Assembly: GCA_043228905.1 (NCBI GenBank)
Contig: JBHGNT010000002.1
Location: 17,422,001-17,486,000 of the forward strand
DNA: 64,000 bases
Reading direction: 5' to 3'
Source of the DNA: Azolla caroliniana
Lineage: Eukaryota; Plantae; Polypodiophyta
Positions 39,152 through 53,576 of this stretch are shown here, piece by piece; within the stretch, counting starts at the first letter, position 1, and each line of letters opens with the position of its first letter. Under the pieces are notes generated by a model that was not told the DNA's origin, ran no database searches, and saw only the letters and a list, made by a program, of their open reading frames with translations. The position numbers and the translations under genes were made by a program.

Positions 39152-39991
39152 GTTTGGATGTGTATATTGGATCCATTATGTGTTGAATGAATATATGTAT
39201 CAATGTACATATGTGTATGTATGTTTATGTATATGTGTATATATTGTATTTTGTATGACCCCGTATGACCTATATATATGGTGACATGTGGAATGCACTA
39301 TATGTACATTGTATGTATGTATGTATGTATGTACTATGTACTATGTAATATAATATGTATGTATGTAATGTAGGTATGTATGTATGTTATGTATGTATGT
39401 AATAATGCATGCATGTATGTATGTATGTTTGTAAAATTTATGTGTTACAGTGTATCATTGTAGGCATGTGTACATATATACGTATAGCAATGTATGAATG
39501 CATATATATGTTCTATGTATAATAATATGCAGGTATGTATGTATGTTATGTATGTATGTACATACTATGTAATATGTAATATAATATGTATGTATGTATT
39601 TGCATGGATGTATGTTTGTAAAATTTATATATATATCATTATAGGCATATGTACATATATATGTGTAGCAATGTATGAATGCATATTTTCAAGGCATTTT
39701 AGCGTTTGGTATGTGTATGGCTCATATCTAGATGTATGTTTGCAATATGCACATAATATGTATACATATATCCAATGTATGTGTAAGTATACATATATCT
39801 AATGTGTGTGTATGTATATATTTAAGTATTGTAGTTTGTATGACCCTATATGACCTATATATAAAGTGATATGTGGAATATGTATGTACATGTATATGTA
39901 ATGTATGTTTGTATGTATGTATGTTTATGCATATGTCAATGTACAAGATTCAACTTGTATGGATGTGTGCTTGAAATATGTGCCTAATATG

Positions 39992-40036
39992 ATTACACTA
40001 ATGACATGATATCTTCTTTTAAAAAATAAAAAAAAA
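39992..40036 (+). mobile_element. 45-bp extremely truncated insertion of the same L1 family
   Basis: Matches the LINE 3' end (ACTAATGACA.GATATCTTCTTT plus A tail) and is flanked by the 12-bp TSD GTGCCTAATATG. Confidence 0.9.
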
Positions 40037-40466
40037 GTGCCTAATATGTACATATGTATATATCTAATATATGTATGTGTGTTTGTAATATGTAAGTATG
40101 TATATGTATATATGTACTATTGTAGTGTGTATGGCCATGTGTGTGTATGTGGTGATATGTATGTATGTACATGTATATAATATATGTATGTAATGTATGT
40201 GTATGGATATATGTTTGTAAAATTGATATGTGTAACATTGTAGGCATATGTGTGTGTATATATGTGTAGCAATGTATGAATGAATATACGTATTTGTATA
40301 TATGTAATGTATTTATGTACGTATATGTTTGGGGTATTTTAGTGTTTAGTATGTGTATGGCTCGTATATGGATGTATGTGTAAGTATACATATATCCAAT
40401 GTGTGTGTATGTATGTATATATGTATGTAAGTATTGTAGTTTGTATGGTCCCGTATAACCTATATA

Positions 40467-41700
40467 CAGTAGACATTCGGTTAAGTGCGCACTTTGAACG
40501 CAAGGAAGAGGTGCGCACTTAACCAAGCTGCGCACTTAGTTTTCTGAAACTTTTTAGGGTTTTCTGAAATATTTTCATTCTATATGCTAATCATACAATT
40601 CTTGATAAGAAAAGTGATAAATTTATGTGAGAAATTGACCTAAAATGTTTCTAGTTTCACCATACATACTCTTCAATTTCTTTCTCTCAAACATTTTAGG
40701 GTTTTTTGGAAATTTTTAGGGTTTTCTGAAATATTTTTCCTTCTGTATGTTAATCATACAATTCTTGATAAGAAAAGTGATCAATTTACGTGTTAAATTG
40801 ACCTAAAATGTTTCAAGTTTCACCATACACACTCTTCAATGTCTTTCTCGATTCTAGATTGCCTTCAATGTTTGTCTTTTTCTACATCTGAGAAATACAT
40901 CCATTATGCAACAAACCTAATGAGCTTCCTTGGATGCATTATGCGATGGGATTTTTTCTTGCATTTTCTTCCTAGTGGCGGCAGGTTTGAGGAATGGAAG
41001 TACAGATGGAGGAGACAAGAAAAGAGAGGGGGAGCAACAGATAAATCACCGACTGCAACTTTTGTCATCTAAACAAGATGCACATAAAGAGAGAGGGAGG
41101 GAGAGAGGCTTTCTTCATGCAAGAAAAGAGCACGCACAGATGTGATACAGGCGCACACAGAAAGAGAAGGAGAACAAATGGATATGGTGCACGTGGAGAA
41201 GGAGAGCTTGCATTCACAACCAATTGCTACAAAACTTGATTATTCACGAACATCAAGATTTGTTTGCCATTCTTTGTTTATGTTCTTTAATCAAGAATCA
41301 AAATCACAAATTTGTAATCGTAACACACGCACACGCACACGCACACACATGTAGAACACATGACACACACATAGACATTCCCACAAAAACTCCTTTTGTT
41401 GTTTTCTTAATGTTTGGACTCGTTCTCGTTACCATAACACTTCTTGGTTCCAATTCATGCATATCCTGTGTCACTAAACTTGTGGGATGGCCTTGTAATC
41501 GTAAACACACACACATAAACATACCCATAGAAGCTCATTTTGTTGTTTTCTGAATGTTTAGAACATAGTTTTAACTTGGTTTAATGTAATTTTGTCATGA
41601 AACAATGTAATTTTTTTTATCTGGATTTTGACCACTATAAAAAGCGCACTTAATAGAATGGTGCACTTATGTGGGCACGCACTTAACCGAATGTCTACTG
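40467..41700. mobile_element. Non-autonomous Tc1/mariner (pogo-like) element
   Basis: Perfect 23-bp TIR CAGTAGACATTCGGTTAAGTGCG, TA flanks, and internal direct duplications (~40545-40690 vs 40715-40850; ~41310-41415 vs 41490-41560). Confidence 0.92.
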
Positions 41701-41898
41701 TATATGGTGATATGTGGAATATATATGTGCATATGTAATATATATATATATCATAGATGTATGTATTATGTTACATGTATATATGTATAATGTAATGTAT
41801 GTGTATGTAAATTTTATATTGTGTAATATGTATGGACAATATGATATGTAGTATATAACTTATTTGTGTGTGTGTGTGAGTGTGCATATATGTATATA

Positions 41899-41936
<38 letters not shown>

Positions 41937-42464
41937 ATATATGTAACTTGTTTGTATGTCTGTAGATTTGTAATACATATAATAAGTAATCTTATATATT
42001 TATGTGTATCTTTATATATATAATATGTAATTTATTTATGTATGTGTATGTACGTATTTACGTATTTACATACGGTAATATATATTTGTACAAATATTCA
42101 TGTTTAGTCGCTAATAGCGATGCATGTATAAATGGGTGTAATGTATATTTATATACATATTCATGGATGTAATGTTTAAATGTAGGTATTTATGCATGCA
42201 TGCATGTATGAATGAATGAATGTATATATGCTACACCAAATTTGAGTATTATTTGCGTAATATATTCTTTACTATCTCATTAAAATATCTAATATTTCAT
42301 GGGCTTATGTAATTTTTTTCTCTAACATAATTGATAATACCCTTACGTAAATATATTTTCAAATATGTATTAATACCCTTATATATATATATATTTTGTA
42401 CCTTAGTGGTTAATTAAAACCCCTTTTGATGAACTCACATGCTATCATACAAGTTTTGATAGTG

Positions 42465-44620
42465 AAGCCCTCGGGAGGAGGCCCCCCCGAAGATTTCCGG
42501 ATGAGGCGCGTGTACTGCTAACCGATGAGGGGGAGCCGGAAAGCTTTGAAGAAGCTAAGGAAGATACCCACAACCGAAACTGGTTGAGTGCCATGTAAGA
42601 GCCGATGGATTCCTTGCATGAGAACCACACATATGAACTGACCGAACTGCCAAGAGGAAAGAACACAAGTTGAAACCGAGAGATGGAGGGAATCCACCCA
42701 GGTACAAAGCACGAATCGTCGTGAAAGGCTTTCAACAGAAGAAGGGTGTCGATTTTGACGAAATAGTTGGCCCGATCACAAAGATGACGTCAAACCGAAC
42801 CATGTTGAGCATCGCGGCAAGCATGGATCTCAAAGTCGAATAACTGGACGTCAAGACTGCCTTCGTCCCTGGAGATTTGGAGGAAGAGTTATACATGCAC
42901 TAGCCAGAAGGATTCGTGGAAAAAGGTAAAGAAAATTTGGTATGTTGATTGAGGAAGAGCTTGTACGGATTGAAGCAAGCTCCTTGGCAATGGTACCGAA
43001 TATTCGAATCCTTCATGATCGATAATGGGTACCACAAACACAGGCTGATCATTGCGTATTTGTGAAGAAATTCGACAGAGGAGATTTTCTCATCCTCTTG
43101 TTGTACGTGGACGACATGCTGATTGTCGAACATGACCATACGAAGATCCGAGTGTTGAAGAAAACCTTGAGCAAATCGTTCTCGATGAAGGATAAGGGTT
43201 CGGGAAAGCAAATCCTAGGGATGCACATTGTTCGGGATCGAACAAAGAAATTGTTGTGGCTGTCACAAGAAAAATACGTGACAAAGGTGCTCTAGAGATT
43301 CGACATGGAAAGCGCGAAACTGGTCGGCTCGACACTGCTGCCGAACTTCAAGCTAAGCAAAGAACAATATCCAAAATCGAAAACCAAGAAGGCAGAGATG
43401 TCAAAATTTTCTTATGCCTCAGCCTGATGTATGTGATCGTATGTACCAAGTCAGACATAGGATACACAATCCGCGTGGTTAGCTGATACATGAGCAACCC
43501 TGGAAGAGAGCATTGGGCTATTGTGAAGTGGATACTTCGGTACCTAAAAGGCACCTTGAACATGTGTCTTCGTTTCGGTTCAGGTAACCCCACACTGAAA
43601 GGTTATACTGTCTCGGACATGTCGGTTGATATGGATACCAGCCGATCCATGTCCGGGTACATAATGACTTATCTAGGGGGAGTCGTTTCGTGGCAGTTGA
43701 GCCTGCAGAAGGCCGTGGCGCTGTTGACCACGGAAGCCGAATATATGGCCGCAACGGAAGCCGGAAAGGAAATCATATGGATGAAGGATTTTATCGGTGA
43801 GCCAGGAATTCGGCAGGAGGAATTCCAACTCCATTGCGATAACCAGAGTGCCATCCACCTTGCGAAAAATGTCGCCTAACACTCGAGGACCAAACACATG
43901 CAAAGAAGATATCATTGGCTCCAAGAGCGAGTAGATGAAAAGGAGTTTGTTGTAGTGAAGATCCACACGACCGAAAATGGATCGGATATGCTGACGAGGG
44001 TGTTGTCAACGGAAAAGCTAAACGTGTGCCGACAAATAATCGGTTTGGTGAAGTACCCCATGCTGGAGTGAAGGGGGAGTTTGTTGGGAAACATGTCCCT
44101 CCGGATGGGAAGAGAAGTATCATGTTGGTGAGTATCTCGGCCGAGGCCGAGGCCGAAATCGAAAATTGAAATTGTTTCAGAAGATTATAATTGTAAATAG
44201 TCTAAAATGCCCTTATGGGCAATACTTGTAAATAGACAGAAAATTGCTTTTGTTTATAAGCAACTAGGGCAAACTTTAGTAGGTAGTAGTTGATCATTAT
44301 TGTAAAGTTAGAATGAGGGAGTTGCCTCTGTAACCGTGAGGGAGATCGTGAGAGTGTAACTCTATAGCTGTCTGCCAAACGAAGGAGAACTTGAGGTCGA
44401 TGCCTCCGAGTTCCCTATTTGTACTTTCTCTCTACTATAGTGATTAGTTTTCTCAAGGTTTGTGGACCCCCGTGGTTTTTCCCATTTCGGGTTTTTCCAC
44501 GTAAAATATCGGTGTCTCTGTGTCTTCGCGTTTTTTTCTCTCTCTTGTCTGTGTACTAGTTCTTGGTTTCTGCCCAAGAATATGAACGTGAAACCGGTTG
44601 TGGCTGGTCCATTCCTAACA
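42465..44620 (+). mobile_element. Older A/C-family copia 3' half (RT-RNase H, PPT, 3' LTR 44082-44620)
   Basis: LLTDEGEPESFEE, LLYVDDML and TTEAEY motifs; PPT GAAGGGGGAG followed by TGTTGGG...CCTAACA. Confidence 0.92.
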
Positions 44621-44924
44621 CAAACAACAAGAAAACTTCAATTCAAAAAATATGACTTAGTACATACAAATGTGCTCAGTGAGCACTTTTATAGAAGTCC
44701 TCCAAAAGGATTGACAAGTACAACAATGCTCCTAAAGAGCTACTGACACTAACTACCTGAACAATTCCTATTACCAAGAATAGGAATATAGACCCTAACG
44801 GCTCTGTCGACATGTCAGTTTGTTCAAAAGACTGGCATTCGGCTTCTCCACCTGAACCTTCTTAGTCGACTCAGTTGTCAACTTCTTTCGCCGATACGGC
44901 TCATGTTGAGCTTGTCTCTCAACA
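44621..44924 (-). repeat. Partial family B LTR
   Basis: Similar to 4380-4728, including GTGCTCAGTGAGCAC and TGTTGAGCTTGTCTCTCAACA. Confidence 0.85.
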
Positions 44925-46295
44925 AAGGTGCTCAACAATGGGTCGGTATACGCGAGGGTGAAGAGCCAAAATGGAAAGCACTCCTTGCGGTTCAGCCCAA
45001 CTATGAGAGGAACAAAGACACTCTCCGCTGCAAAGACCGAGAGGATTTTTTATGTGGGCTATTAAAGTGTGGGGACGCAATAGCCCGGGGCATCCGAAGA
45101 CCCTCCATCCTTGTAACATTACATAAGAATGATGGAAAAAGAGAGAACAGTCATTGGGTAGACCATGGACAAGAAGACGAGGCCAGTGGCTGGGAACGGA
45201 TAAAAGGGTAGCAACCAATTCGAGTTTATGAGACCCTTGAGGCATAGACCACCGGTTCACCGACGAAACGGTACGGAATCTCAAGTTCGATGGGGGTGAC
45301 TTCCTACAGCCTGGGAAGGAGGAAAGTTTAAGAAGGATTTTGGGAAGCCACTACAGAGCTCTCACCTTCTCACCTTGCGAGATAGGGTGTGTCAATCCCA
45401 CAATAGTGGAACCGATGGTGATATTCACGGTACGTCACGTACCATGGAACGCCAAGCCTATTCTGGTGTTGGGAGCTCACATCCTGAAGTTGACTGAGTT
45501 GCTCAAGGAGAAGATCGAGGTGGGGATCCTCGAGCTGTTGAGTGCTCCATATTCCAATTGATGGTTCATAGATTTCACGACCTGCAACATGTTAATCAAT
45601 CGTCGAAGCCTTCGTTAGAAGGTCAATCTATTTGATCGGTGACCTATACTCAAGGTATGACTAGTTCCAACTAGCCATTGAAAGCAAGGACATCATGACG
45701 ATGCGAAACCTTATCGATCTAGTGAGAATGTGTACCTTGCCTCATGTTGGCACAAACTCTATAGCCCACATGGTGAGTGCAATGAACAAAGCGCTACAAT
45801 ATTGCATCCCAGACATCACCATGCCATTCCTCGATGACATCCCCATCAAAGGGTGTTTGGAAGCTTAACAAGATGAGACAATGGACGAGGATGGTTGTAC
45901 GAAGATTGTGAGAAGGTCCTACAAAGGTTGGAAGACGGATGCCTAACTTTCTCGAGTGAAAAGTCGGCATTCGGCCACCTAGGGATTCTCGTGGTGGGAC
46001 ACCTATGTGGGGTGTACAGAAGGAAGTTGTCCCCAACAAAGGTGGAGGCCATCACAAGAATGAAAGAGGAATGCAAATCACCGACAGAGGTATGGTGATT
46101 TCTAGATGCTTGTGTCTTCTACCACATTTAGATTCCCCACTACACACACCTAGCCAAGATGGTGTACTGAAGAAAGTGCAGAAGTTCAAGTAAGAGGAAG
46201 AGCACACAGAGGTGATGTGAAGGCTAAAGGGAATGCTGGTATCAGCACCAACTTTAAGAAAAACCTTTTACAAGGACAGGATGCCCATCTACATC
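44925..46295 (+). mobile_element. Degenerate gypsy pol fragment, same lineage as 1-3325
   Basis: EIGCVNPTIVEPMVIFTVRHVPWN, DITMPFLDDIPIKG and ILVVGHLCG motifs. Confidence 0.88.
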
Positions 46296-46685
46296 TGTTA
46301 TCTATGGGATTGTAAGTGTATGAGTGTATAAGTGTGTTGGTACATGGATAGATAAGTAAAGTCTTTGTATTAAAATTCACGTTTATAAGGGTATGTGCAA
46401 ATGTGCACATAAGTGTGAGTATATTAATATATTAAACACGTGCACATTTATGTTAATGTGTGCAAATATGTAAAGTGGGTAGGTTATATAACTAACCCAC
46501 AAGCCCCATTCTATGTTCTTGGATTGTGACCCTCATGTAATGTACCTGTATAACCCCACCCAAGGGGACATGAATGATACTAGTAGAAGTTTTGCCTCTC
46601 AATAATTGTGCGTCTCTCTCTCTTTGTGCGTCTCTTTCTCTCTCTCTCTCTCTCTCACGATCAACCCCCTTCACACCCATCAACA
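46296..46685 (+). repeat. Possible LTR
   Basis: Starts TGTT where the gypsy RNase H breaks (PIYI) and ends ATCAACA; no TSD. Confidence 0.35.
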
Positions 46686-47321
46686 CTTACCATGCCCTAC
46701 AACCAACCCACTTGGAGAAGAAGTCGAGGACTCCTCACGTTGAAGAAAGAAGGAATGGCATTGAATGTTGTCAAAGAGCCCCTTTGAGAATAAGTCAAGG
46801 AATTACACATGCGACGGAAGTATGCGATAGCTATACTAATGGAGCGAGAAGAAGATGAGATCCGTAACAACAACCCCTTCACATCGTTGATGCCTAATAG
46901 AAAATGTTAGAATTTGAAACACGGAGAAGAAGAAGAATGACGAAAGAAGAAAGAATTCCATCCCCATTAAATTGCTCACTACTACCTAACTAAAAACAAG
47001 CCTTCTCTTGCTGTATAAGATGAACCCCTTTTCCACTTTTTGTTCCTCCCTGAATCTATAATTCCCTCTTAGAAGATGAACTCGAACTAAGTTTTCAATT
47101 CCCCTTCTTGAGCTTGTCATTGCCTTTACTCCCACCACACAAATGAATCATTTTTGTACGATAGGACACTATCTACATATCCCCTTTAAAAAGTATCCCT
47201 TTATTTCTGTTCAAGTTTTAACTCTAATTCCATTTCTACATCAGAGGATCTCTAGAGCTGATCGGAAGAAGCCCTGTCGGTCCCTCATAAATTGATTTCT
47301 TCACGCTTTTGATGAAGATTT

Positions 47322-47339
47322 TGTTGGGAAAGAAGAGAA

Positions 47340-47391
<52 letters not shown>

Positions 47392-50300
47392 ACAGAAATG
47401 TTTTGACTCAGATTGTGTGGCGGAGTAAGTCAACACATAATGTTGAGTATGCTTCAAGTAGCGTAGTAAGCTTTTGAGCGCGATCCAATGCTTTGGTCCT
47501 AGATTAGCCATGAAACGAGAAAGAAAATCGGCGGCAAGGCAAATATCGGGACGTGTGCAACTGACTAGATATCTTATACACCCAAGGATTTGTTTATAGG
47601 GTACATCCTTCATTTTGGAAATTTCTCGTTCATTTTTTGGGGAATCATCATTTGAAAGTTTACATGGAGAGGTAAGAATACTAATAGGCTTACTATGGAG
47701 CATATAAAATCTTTGGAGGATAGAATTAATATAATTTGATTGTGATAATGAGATAGTATGATTTGTTCTATTTTGAGTTACTTTGATGCCTAGAAAATGG
47801 GTCATAGGGCCTAAATCGGTAATAGAAAAGACATATGCAAGTTCCTTCTTTGCAATAGTTAGATAAGATTTAGAGTTAGAGATCAAGGGCAAATCATCAA
47901 CATAGACACCTATGATAACAAAATTGGATTTGGCTTTTCTAACATAGATATTTGGCCCATTGTTTAGACGATGATATCCAACTTTTATAAGAAAAGAGTG
48001 TAGTTTGTGATACCATATGTGTGGAGATTGCTTAAGACCGTGAATAGATTTACGAAGTCGACAAACATGTGTCGGATGACTTGGATCTTCAAAAAATTGT
48101 GGTTGTTGTAGATAAAGTTCTTCATCTAAATCTTCATGAAGAAAAGCCGTTTGTACATCCAAGTGATGCAATTCTAGATCATGTTGCGCGACAAGAGCAA
48201 CGAGCATTAGAAAACCACATATTTTTAGTGTTGGACTAAATGTATCTTGAGAATCAATACATGGTACTTCAAAAAATCCTCGAGCAACTACACGAGCCTT
48301 GAAGCGAATTGGATTGCCATTACTATCTCACTTTATGCGTAAGACCCATTTAGAACCAATTATTTGTCGATCTTTTGGAGACTCAACGAGGGTCCACGTA
48401 CCATTTTTAAGTAAAACCTTCATTTCTTCTTCCATAGCCTTTCTCCATTTGATAGAATCCAATCAGGAAAGTGCATCTTTGGCTGATAGATTTGTATCAT
48501 CACTAAGGGTTGGAATATCTTCTTCTTGTATATAAGCTTCATGGTCCAAGTCCACGAAATGTGCTTCCATTTGATCAAGTTGTTCATAAATACTACTTAG
48601 AGATCTATACTTTGGAGGTGGAGAGTTTGGTGATGACGCTTAGAATGAAGGATTAGGAGAGGGAGTGGAGAAGATAACATTATTTGTATTATTTGAGGGA
48701 GTTAAACAATGTGTATTTAAAGGAGTATGAGGAAGAGAATCACCTAGAGCTTGGAATGAGGGAAGATGAGAAGAAGAATTAGTTGGTTGAGTAGGATTGA
48801 TCTTTGCCTTGTGAATAGATGGAAGAGCAACACAAATAGTGGAAGTAGAGGATGAGCTAATGTTGGCTCCTTCAATATGAGAGCTATTAATATTAGAGAT
48901 GGTTGAGGAAGATGGTTGTAAGTGGGTAGGGGTAGGTAATAAGGGAGGTAGATTAGAAGAGAGTGAAGGAGAAACCTTTGTAGAAGGCCCATTTTCTTGG
49001 AATATCACATTACGACTAAAGAATATTCTTCGTTTTTGTGGATCATAGAGCTTGTATGCCTTGTATCCCGAAGCTTCTCCATATCTGATGAAAATTGATT
49101 TTGTAGCCCTTGGATCTAGCTTATTTCTTTGAACATTTGGCACAAAAGCATAAGCATCACAACAAAAAATACGAAGGTTACTTAAGTTAGGTTTGTGACC
49201 ATGCCATAGTTGATAAGGGGTTTGGAGCCCCAAGGATCTATGAAATCCTCGATTTTGAATATAGCAAGCGGTGCCAACCAATTCCTCGTAGAATTGAGGC
49301 GATAAGTGAGCAAATTGTAACATACTTCGAGCCATATTGAGAAGTGATATATTCTTCCTTTCGGATACACCATTTTGTTGTGGTGTGTGTGGTGTTGATA
49401 TTCTATGATGTATGCCTTCATTTGATATAAACTTTGAAATTCATGAGACACATACTCACCACCACCATCTGTTTGAAGACTTTTAATCTTTGATGATGTT
49501 TGCACTTTGACTCGAGTCTTGTATTCTTGGAATGCTTGATAAGCTTGACTTTTGTACTTGAAAAAATGCAAGATTGTAAATCGACTAAAGTCATCTATAA
49601 AGCTAATGAAATATTTGGCTCCAATAAGAGAAGGGGTTGGAAAAGGTCTACATAGATCACTATGTACTAATGCAAGAGGGGTAGTGGCTCTAGATCTATG
49701 CTTTGGGAATGGTTGTTGGGGCATTTTCCCAAGGATACAACTTTCACACAAAGAGATGGGCTTGAAAGGTTATTTTGGCAAACCATGGACTAGATTATTA
49801 CATTGTAGTGTTTTTAGAGCATTGAAATGCATATGACCTAGACGAAAGTGCCAAAGAGAAGAAGGAGAATGAAGATTGGTTAAAGATATGGAGGATTGTA
49901 TTGGGGTAGTATGATGTGCTTCTAAAATAAGAGATGTAGGAATACATTTTATGGGATATAAGCCTCCTTCTCATTTACAACATGTTCTAATAAGTTCTCC
50001 ACTTGAGGCTTTATGTTTAATAATAGTATGGTTAGGATGAAATTCAATGATATTACCATTTGTCGTTGCTTGACTAACCGATAGAAAATGTTTGGTGATG
50101 CTCGGGACAAAGAACTTCATTGATTGTGAAATGTCTTCCTCACGTGACCTCAAAAGTAATATCACCCTTGCCAATAGCTTGTTTAGTCCCATTATTTCCA
50201 AATCTTACAATGATAGGAGGTTCAACATCCTTATAGTTACATAACCAATCTTTTCTATTAGTTAAGTGGTTAGTAGCACCAGTGTCGAGATACCATATGT

Positions 50301-51428
50301 TATTTACATTACTTGGGTTTGGAATCGTCACGGAAAGTGATTCAGCAATGAATGCTTGAAGGACGTCGTCATACTTGTCGCCATTTTGATATCCATCTCC
50401 TATGACTTTTTCATCATCCATCTCTTCTTCAACAAGATGGGTTTGTACACACTTCCATGGTTGATAACTCTTGAAATTTGACTTTGCGCAACAATCTTTG
50501 GTTGCATGATTTGTACGTTTGTATATTTTACAATAGGTATTGTTGAACCACATTCCTCCTTGTTTTGTGTTTTGATCTTTCTTTATCCACGGCCTCGAGC
50601 TTTCTCCTCTTTGGGTGAACCTTTTGTTCTTGTATGCTACCATTGCCACACTTGGAGTTGAATTTGAAGACCTTTGTGAATGCATTGTTTCCTCTTGTCT
50701 AATGTTTGCAAGAAGATCAATTAGCATTGGACAATTTATAGAGTTTTGGGTGGTTCTAAAAGTGGACCATGAGTGAGGAAGAGCACCAAGAAGGAGAATC
50801 TTTTGTAATTTATCATGGATTTCTAATCCAGAAGTTAACACATCATCTAATTTCTTTTGCCATATTAATAGAAATTCACCAACCGGTTGTTCGTCATTCA
50901 TTTTGTAATTAACAAGCGCTTGAAGTGTATGCACTTGTTGGGCATCGTTTTTCGGCTCGTAGATAATTTCTCCGGTGCCATCACTTACGTGCATTAGAAT
51001 TTCCATTCTTGCACACAAGTCTTTTTCTTCATATTCTTCAAGTTCTTCGCCTTTTTCAGGTTTTGTTGATGATCCTGAAATTATGTCCCATACTTTACTA
51101 TATTTAAAAAGTAATTCTAATCTTGCCTTCGAAATTTGATAATTTGTGTCCGATAATTTCTCGATCGTGAATTTTCGCATGTTGAGTTGCGACGACAACA
51201 TGGATTGTGCCATTATTGCAGAGGGCTGTCCGGATCAGTGCACGGCAAACACAAAATGTCGTTCGTTATTTGACGATCTTGGACACTATGAATATAATTA
51301 TTTTTGTATGGGCATGAAAGTTAAATTATGGTAAGCGCACGTGTTTTGTAATTTTAGAAAGGCATATGCTATAAGGCTATTAGGTCGTTTGGCTCTGATA
51401 CCATGTTGGGAAAGAAGAGAAAGATAGC

Positions 51429-51473
<45 letters not shown>

Positions 51474-51636
51474 ACAAAAATGTTTTATTATAGAAAAATA
51501 CCCTAAATGGTTACAACGTTGGTGCTGGCTTTATATAGACCACCACCAATACACTCATGGAAGGAAACCGTATTCATAAGAAGTACTAACTATTAATATA
51601 TATTAATATATTAATTTTTGCTTAATATTTTCCACA
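47322..51636 (-). mobile_element. Ty1/copia element E (AT-rich), with a deletion of RNase H, PPT and most of the 3' LTR
   Basis: 5-bp TSD GATTT, 5' LTR 51404-51636, PBS 51392-51403, 3' LTR remnant 47322-47404 fused to RT; WYLDTGATNH, integrase and GVYVDDL motifs. Confidence 0.93.
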
Positions 51637-52119
51637 GATTTAAATGTCATCCTTCCTCCCAAGGCTGAAGTTTCTATTGCATAATTAGCAAATCGATTCT
51701 ATGTCTATGGTATGCATCGTGAACCTCCTCTGCTCTCTGATCGCGATGGAAAAGGCAATGAAATATTTCCAATAGTATATACACTATATGGTTGAGGCAT
51801 GGGCTGTGAAAGTTCTTGGAAATGCACCTCCTAACAACTGTGAGCAGTTCTGAAGCAATGAAAGCAGGGATTCGTGGGAAGGCATTGCGTATAACTCAGA
51901 GATACACTATGGGAATCAGATGAAGGACGCAATGTTCCTAATACTCGATTCTTGGAAGCTATGGTTACACGAAATTCTGCATTTGTTAAAGGAGAGTCTA
52001 TTGAAGAACCTTCTGATGACTCAAAATGATATAGCTTCACATGATGATGATGATAATGGTATCATAAAGAAAAAGGAAGAGAGGGAACCAGGGAAAAGAA
52101 GGAAACAGGAAAGAAGAGA

Positions 52120-52530
52120 CAGAGTGGCTGACAGCAGCCGAGTGGTGGCCGAACAACGGGGATTGGCCTAACAATGGCCGGAGAGTGGCCGACAACGACC
52201 GAGTGGTGGCCGAACAGGAGCAGGACAATGGTTGAATAGCGGTCGAGTGGCGGCGGTGATTGGCCTGACAGTGGCCGAAATAGCGGCCGGACAATGTCAA
52301 ATAGCGGCCGAGTGGCAGCGGTGATTGCCAAGACTGTGGCCGAATAGCGGCCAAGTAGTGACGTGACGGTGATTGGCCAGAGAGTGGTGGCCGGATAGCG
52401 GCCGAGTGTTGCCCGAACAACGGCGATTGGCCGAACAGCGGTCGAGTGGCGGCCAGACAATGGTGGAACAACGGCCGAATGGTGGCAACGATTGGCCAGA
52501 CAGTGGCCGACAACCGCCGCACAACGGTTG
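52120..52530. repeat. GC-rich degenerate minisatellite
   Basis: Recurring GTGGCCGAA(T/C)AGCGGCCGAGTGGCGGCGGTGATTGGCC units. Confidence 0.75.
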
Positions 52531-52574
52531 AACAAAGACGACAAGAGACAGTGTCGCGGTTTTCCGCGCATATG

Positions 52575-53272
52575 TGTTGAAATGGGGTGGGAACACCGGG
52601 GTCGCGGACCAAGGAACCGGTGAGAAAGGACAGAGCTACTGACCGTATCCGACTCGGATTTATTCCTGGATCTCGGGCGGTAGGTGCACGACTCAAAGAC
52701 GCATGCTGCGCTGGACGGTTGCCGTCTAGTGGAGTAGAGCGCACGGGCTTACGTACTCGGATACGCACACTGAGACGGAAACAGAACAAAGATAAGGACA
52801 CCGGGATGCACAACACATGGGGAAACTCAGTGAACTAATGATTAGCAGAGAAAAAGAGAGATTACAACCGGACTGGGCTGGCAGATGAGCTTCGAGCTCT
52901 TTACGATCACACTCACATAGACACTGACACAAGTGGGCCTCTGTTGGGGAGCACGCGGGCTTCCTACGCGAGCAGAGAATTCCACAGCACAGGATGGATA
53001 CACAAATACAACAAATTGAAATCTCAGCCCTCGAACGAACAACACTTCGACCTCCAAAACGTGGATCCCCCCCTCTCAGTATTCTCCCCCCCCCCCCCCC
53101 TTTTAAAGCTCAAGGAGAGAGGGAAGTTGTTACATAAGGTTGTTAAGACAACCGCTTTCCCTCAGATCTTCCCCTCGATTTTCTCCCGTCAATCCTCATT
53201 ATTACTCTCCATCAGTGTGGTCGTAAAGTACCTATCAAATGAATCCTAGTACCTACCTAGTATTCCTCAACA
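52575..53272 (-). repeat. 3' LTR of another LTR family with PPT remnant
   Basis: TGTTGA...TCAACA termini, followed on + by CTCCCC (PPT complement). Confidence 0.65.
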
Positions 53273-53576
53273 CTCCCCTATTACTATGTTATTTACACAT
53301 GTTTGTACATAAAGACAATTTTGTGTGCATCCGTGCACACTTGCGTTCATGCACATCCCGACTCCTTTTCTCCCAGTAGCCGGAATCCTTCACAACAACA
53401 GCTAAGACATACAGATGGTCTGGCAACAACCGGACAATCGGTGAGAGAAAGACTACGGCGTGGCGGATGCAGAAGAAGATGAAGCGGTCAATAACATGGA
53501 AAACGAAGAGGAGCAAACAGAGTTATAAAAAGAAGTAAAAGAAGATGAAATCAAGCAAGAGAACATGATATGAAAA

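Larger units (their letters stand above)
39152..42240. repeat. (TATG)n/(TA)n satellite block hosting a mini-LINE and a MITE
   Basis: Low-complexity sequence on both sides of 40467-41700. Confidence 0.85.

Noticed and set aside
52037-52816. 259-aa minus-strand ORF
   Set aside because: It spans an LTR end and a minisatellite, giving a repetitive peptide with no domain.
53290-53570. Possible hAT transposase C-terminal relic with acidic tail
   Set aside because: The similarity is too weak to support by eye.
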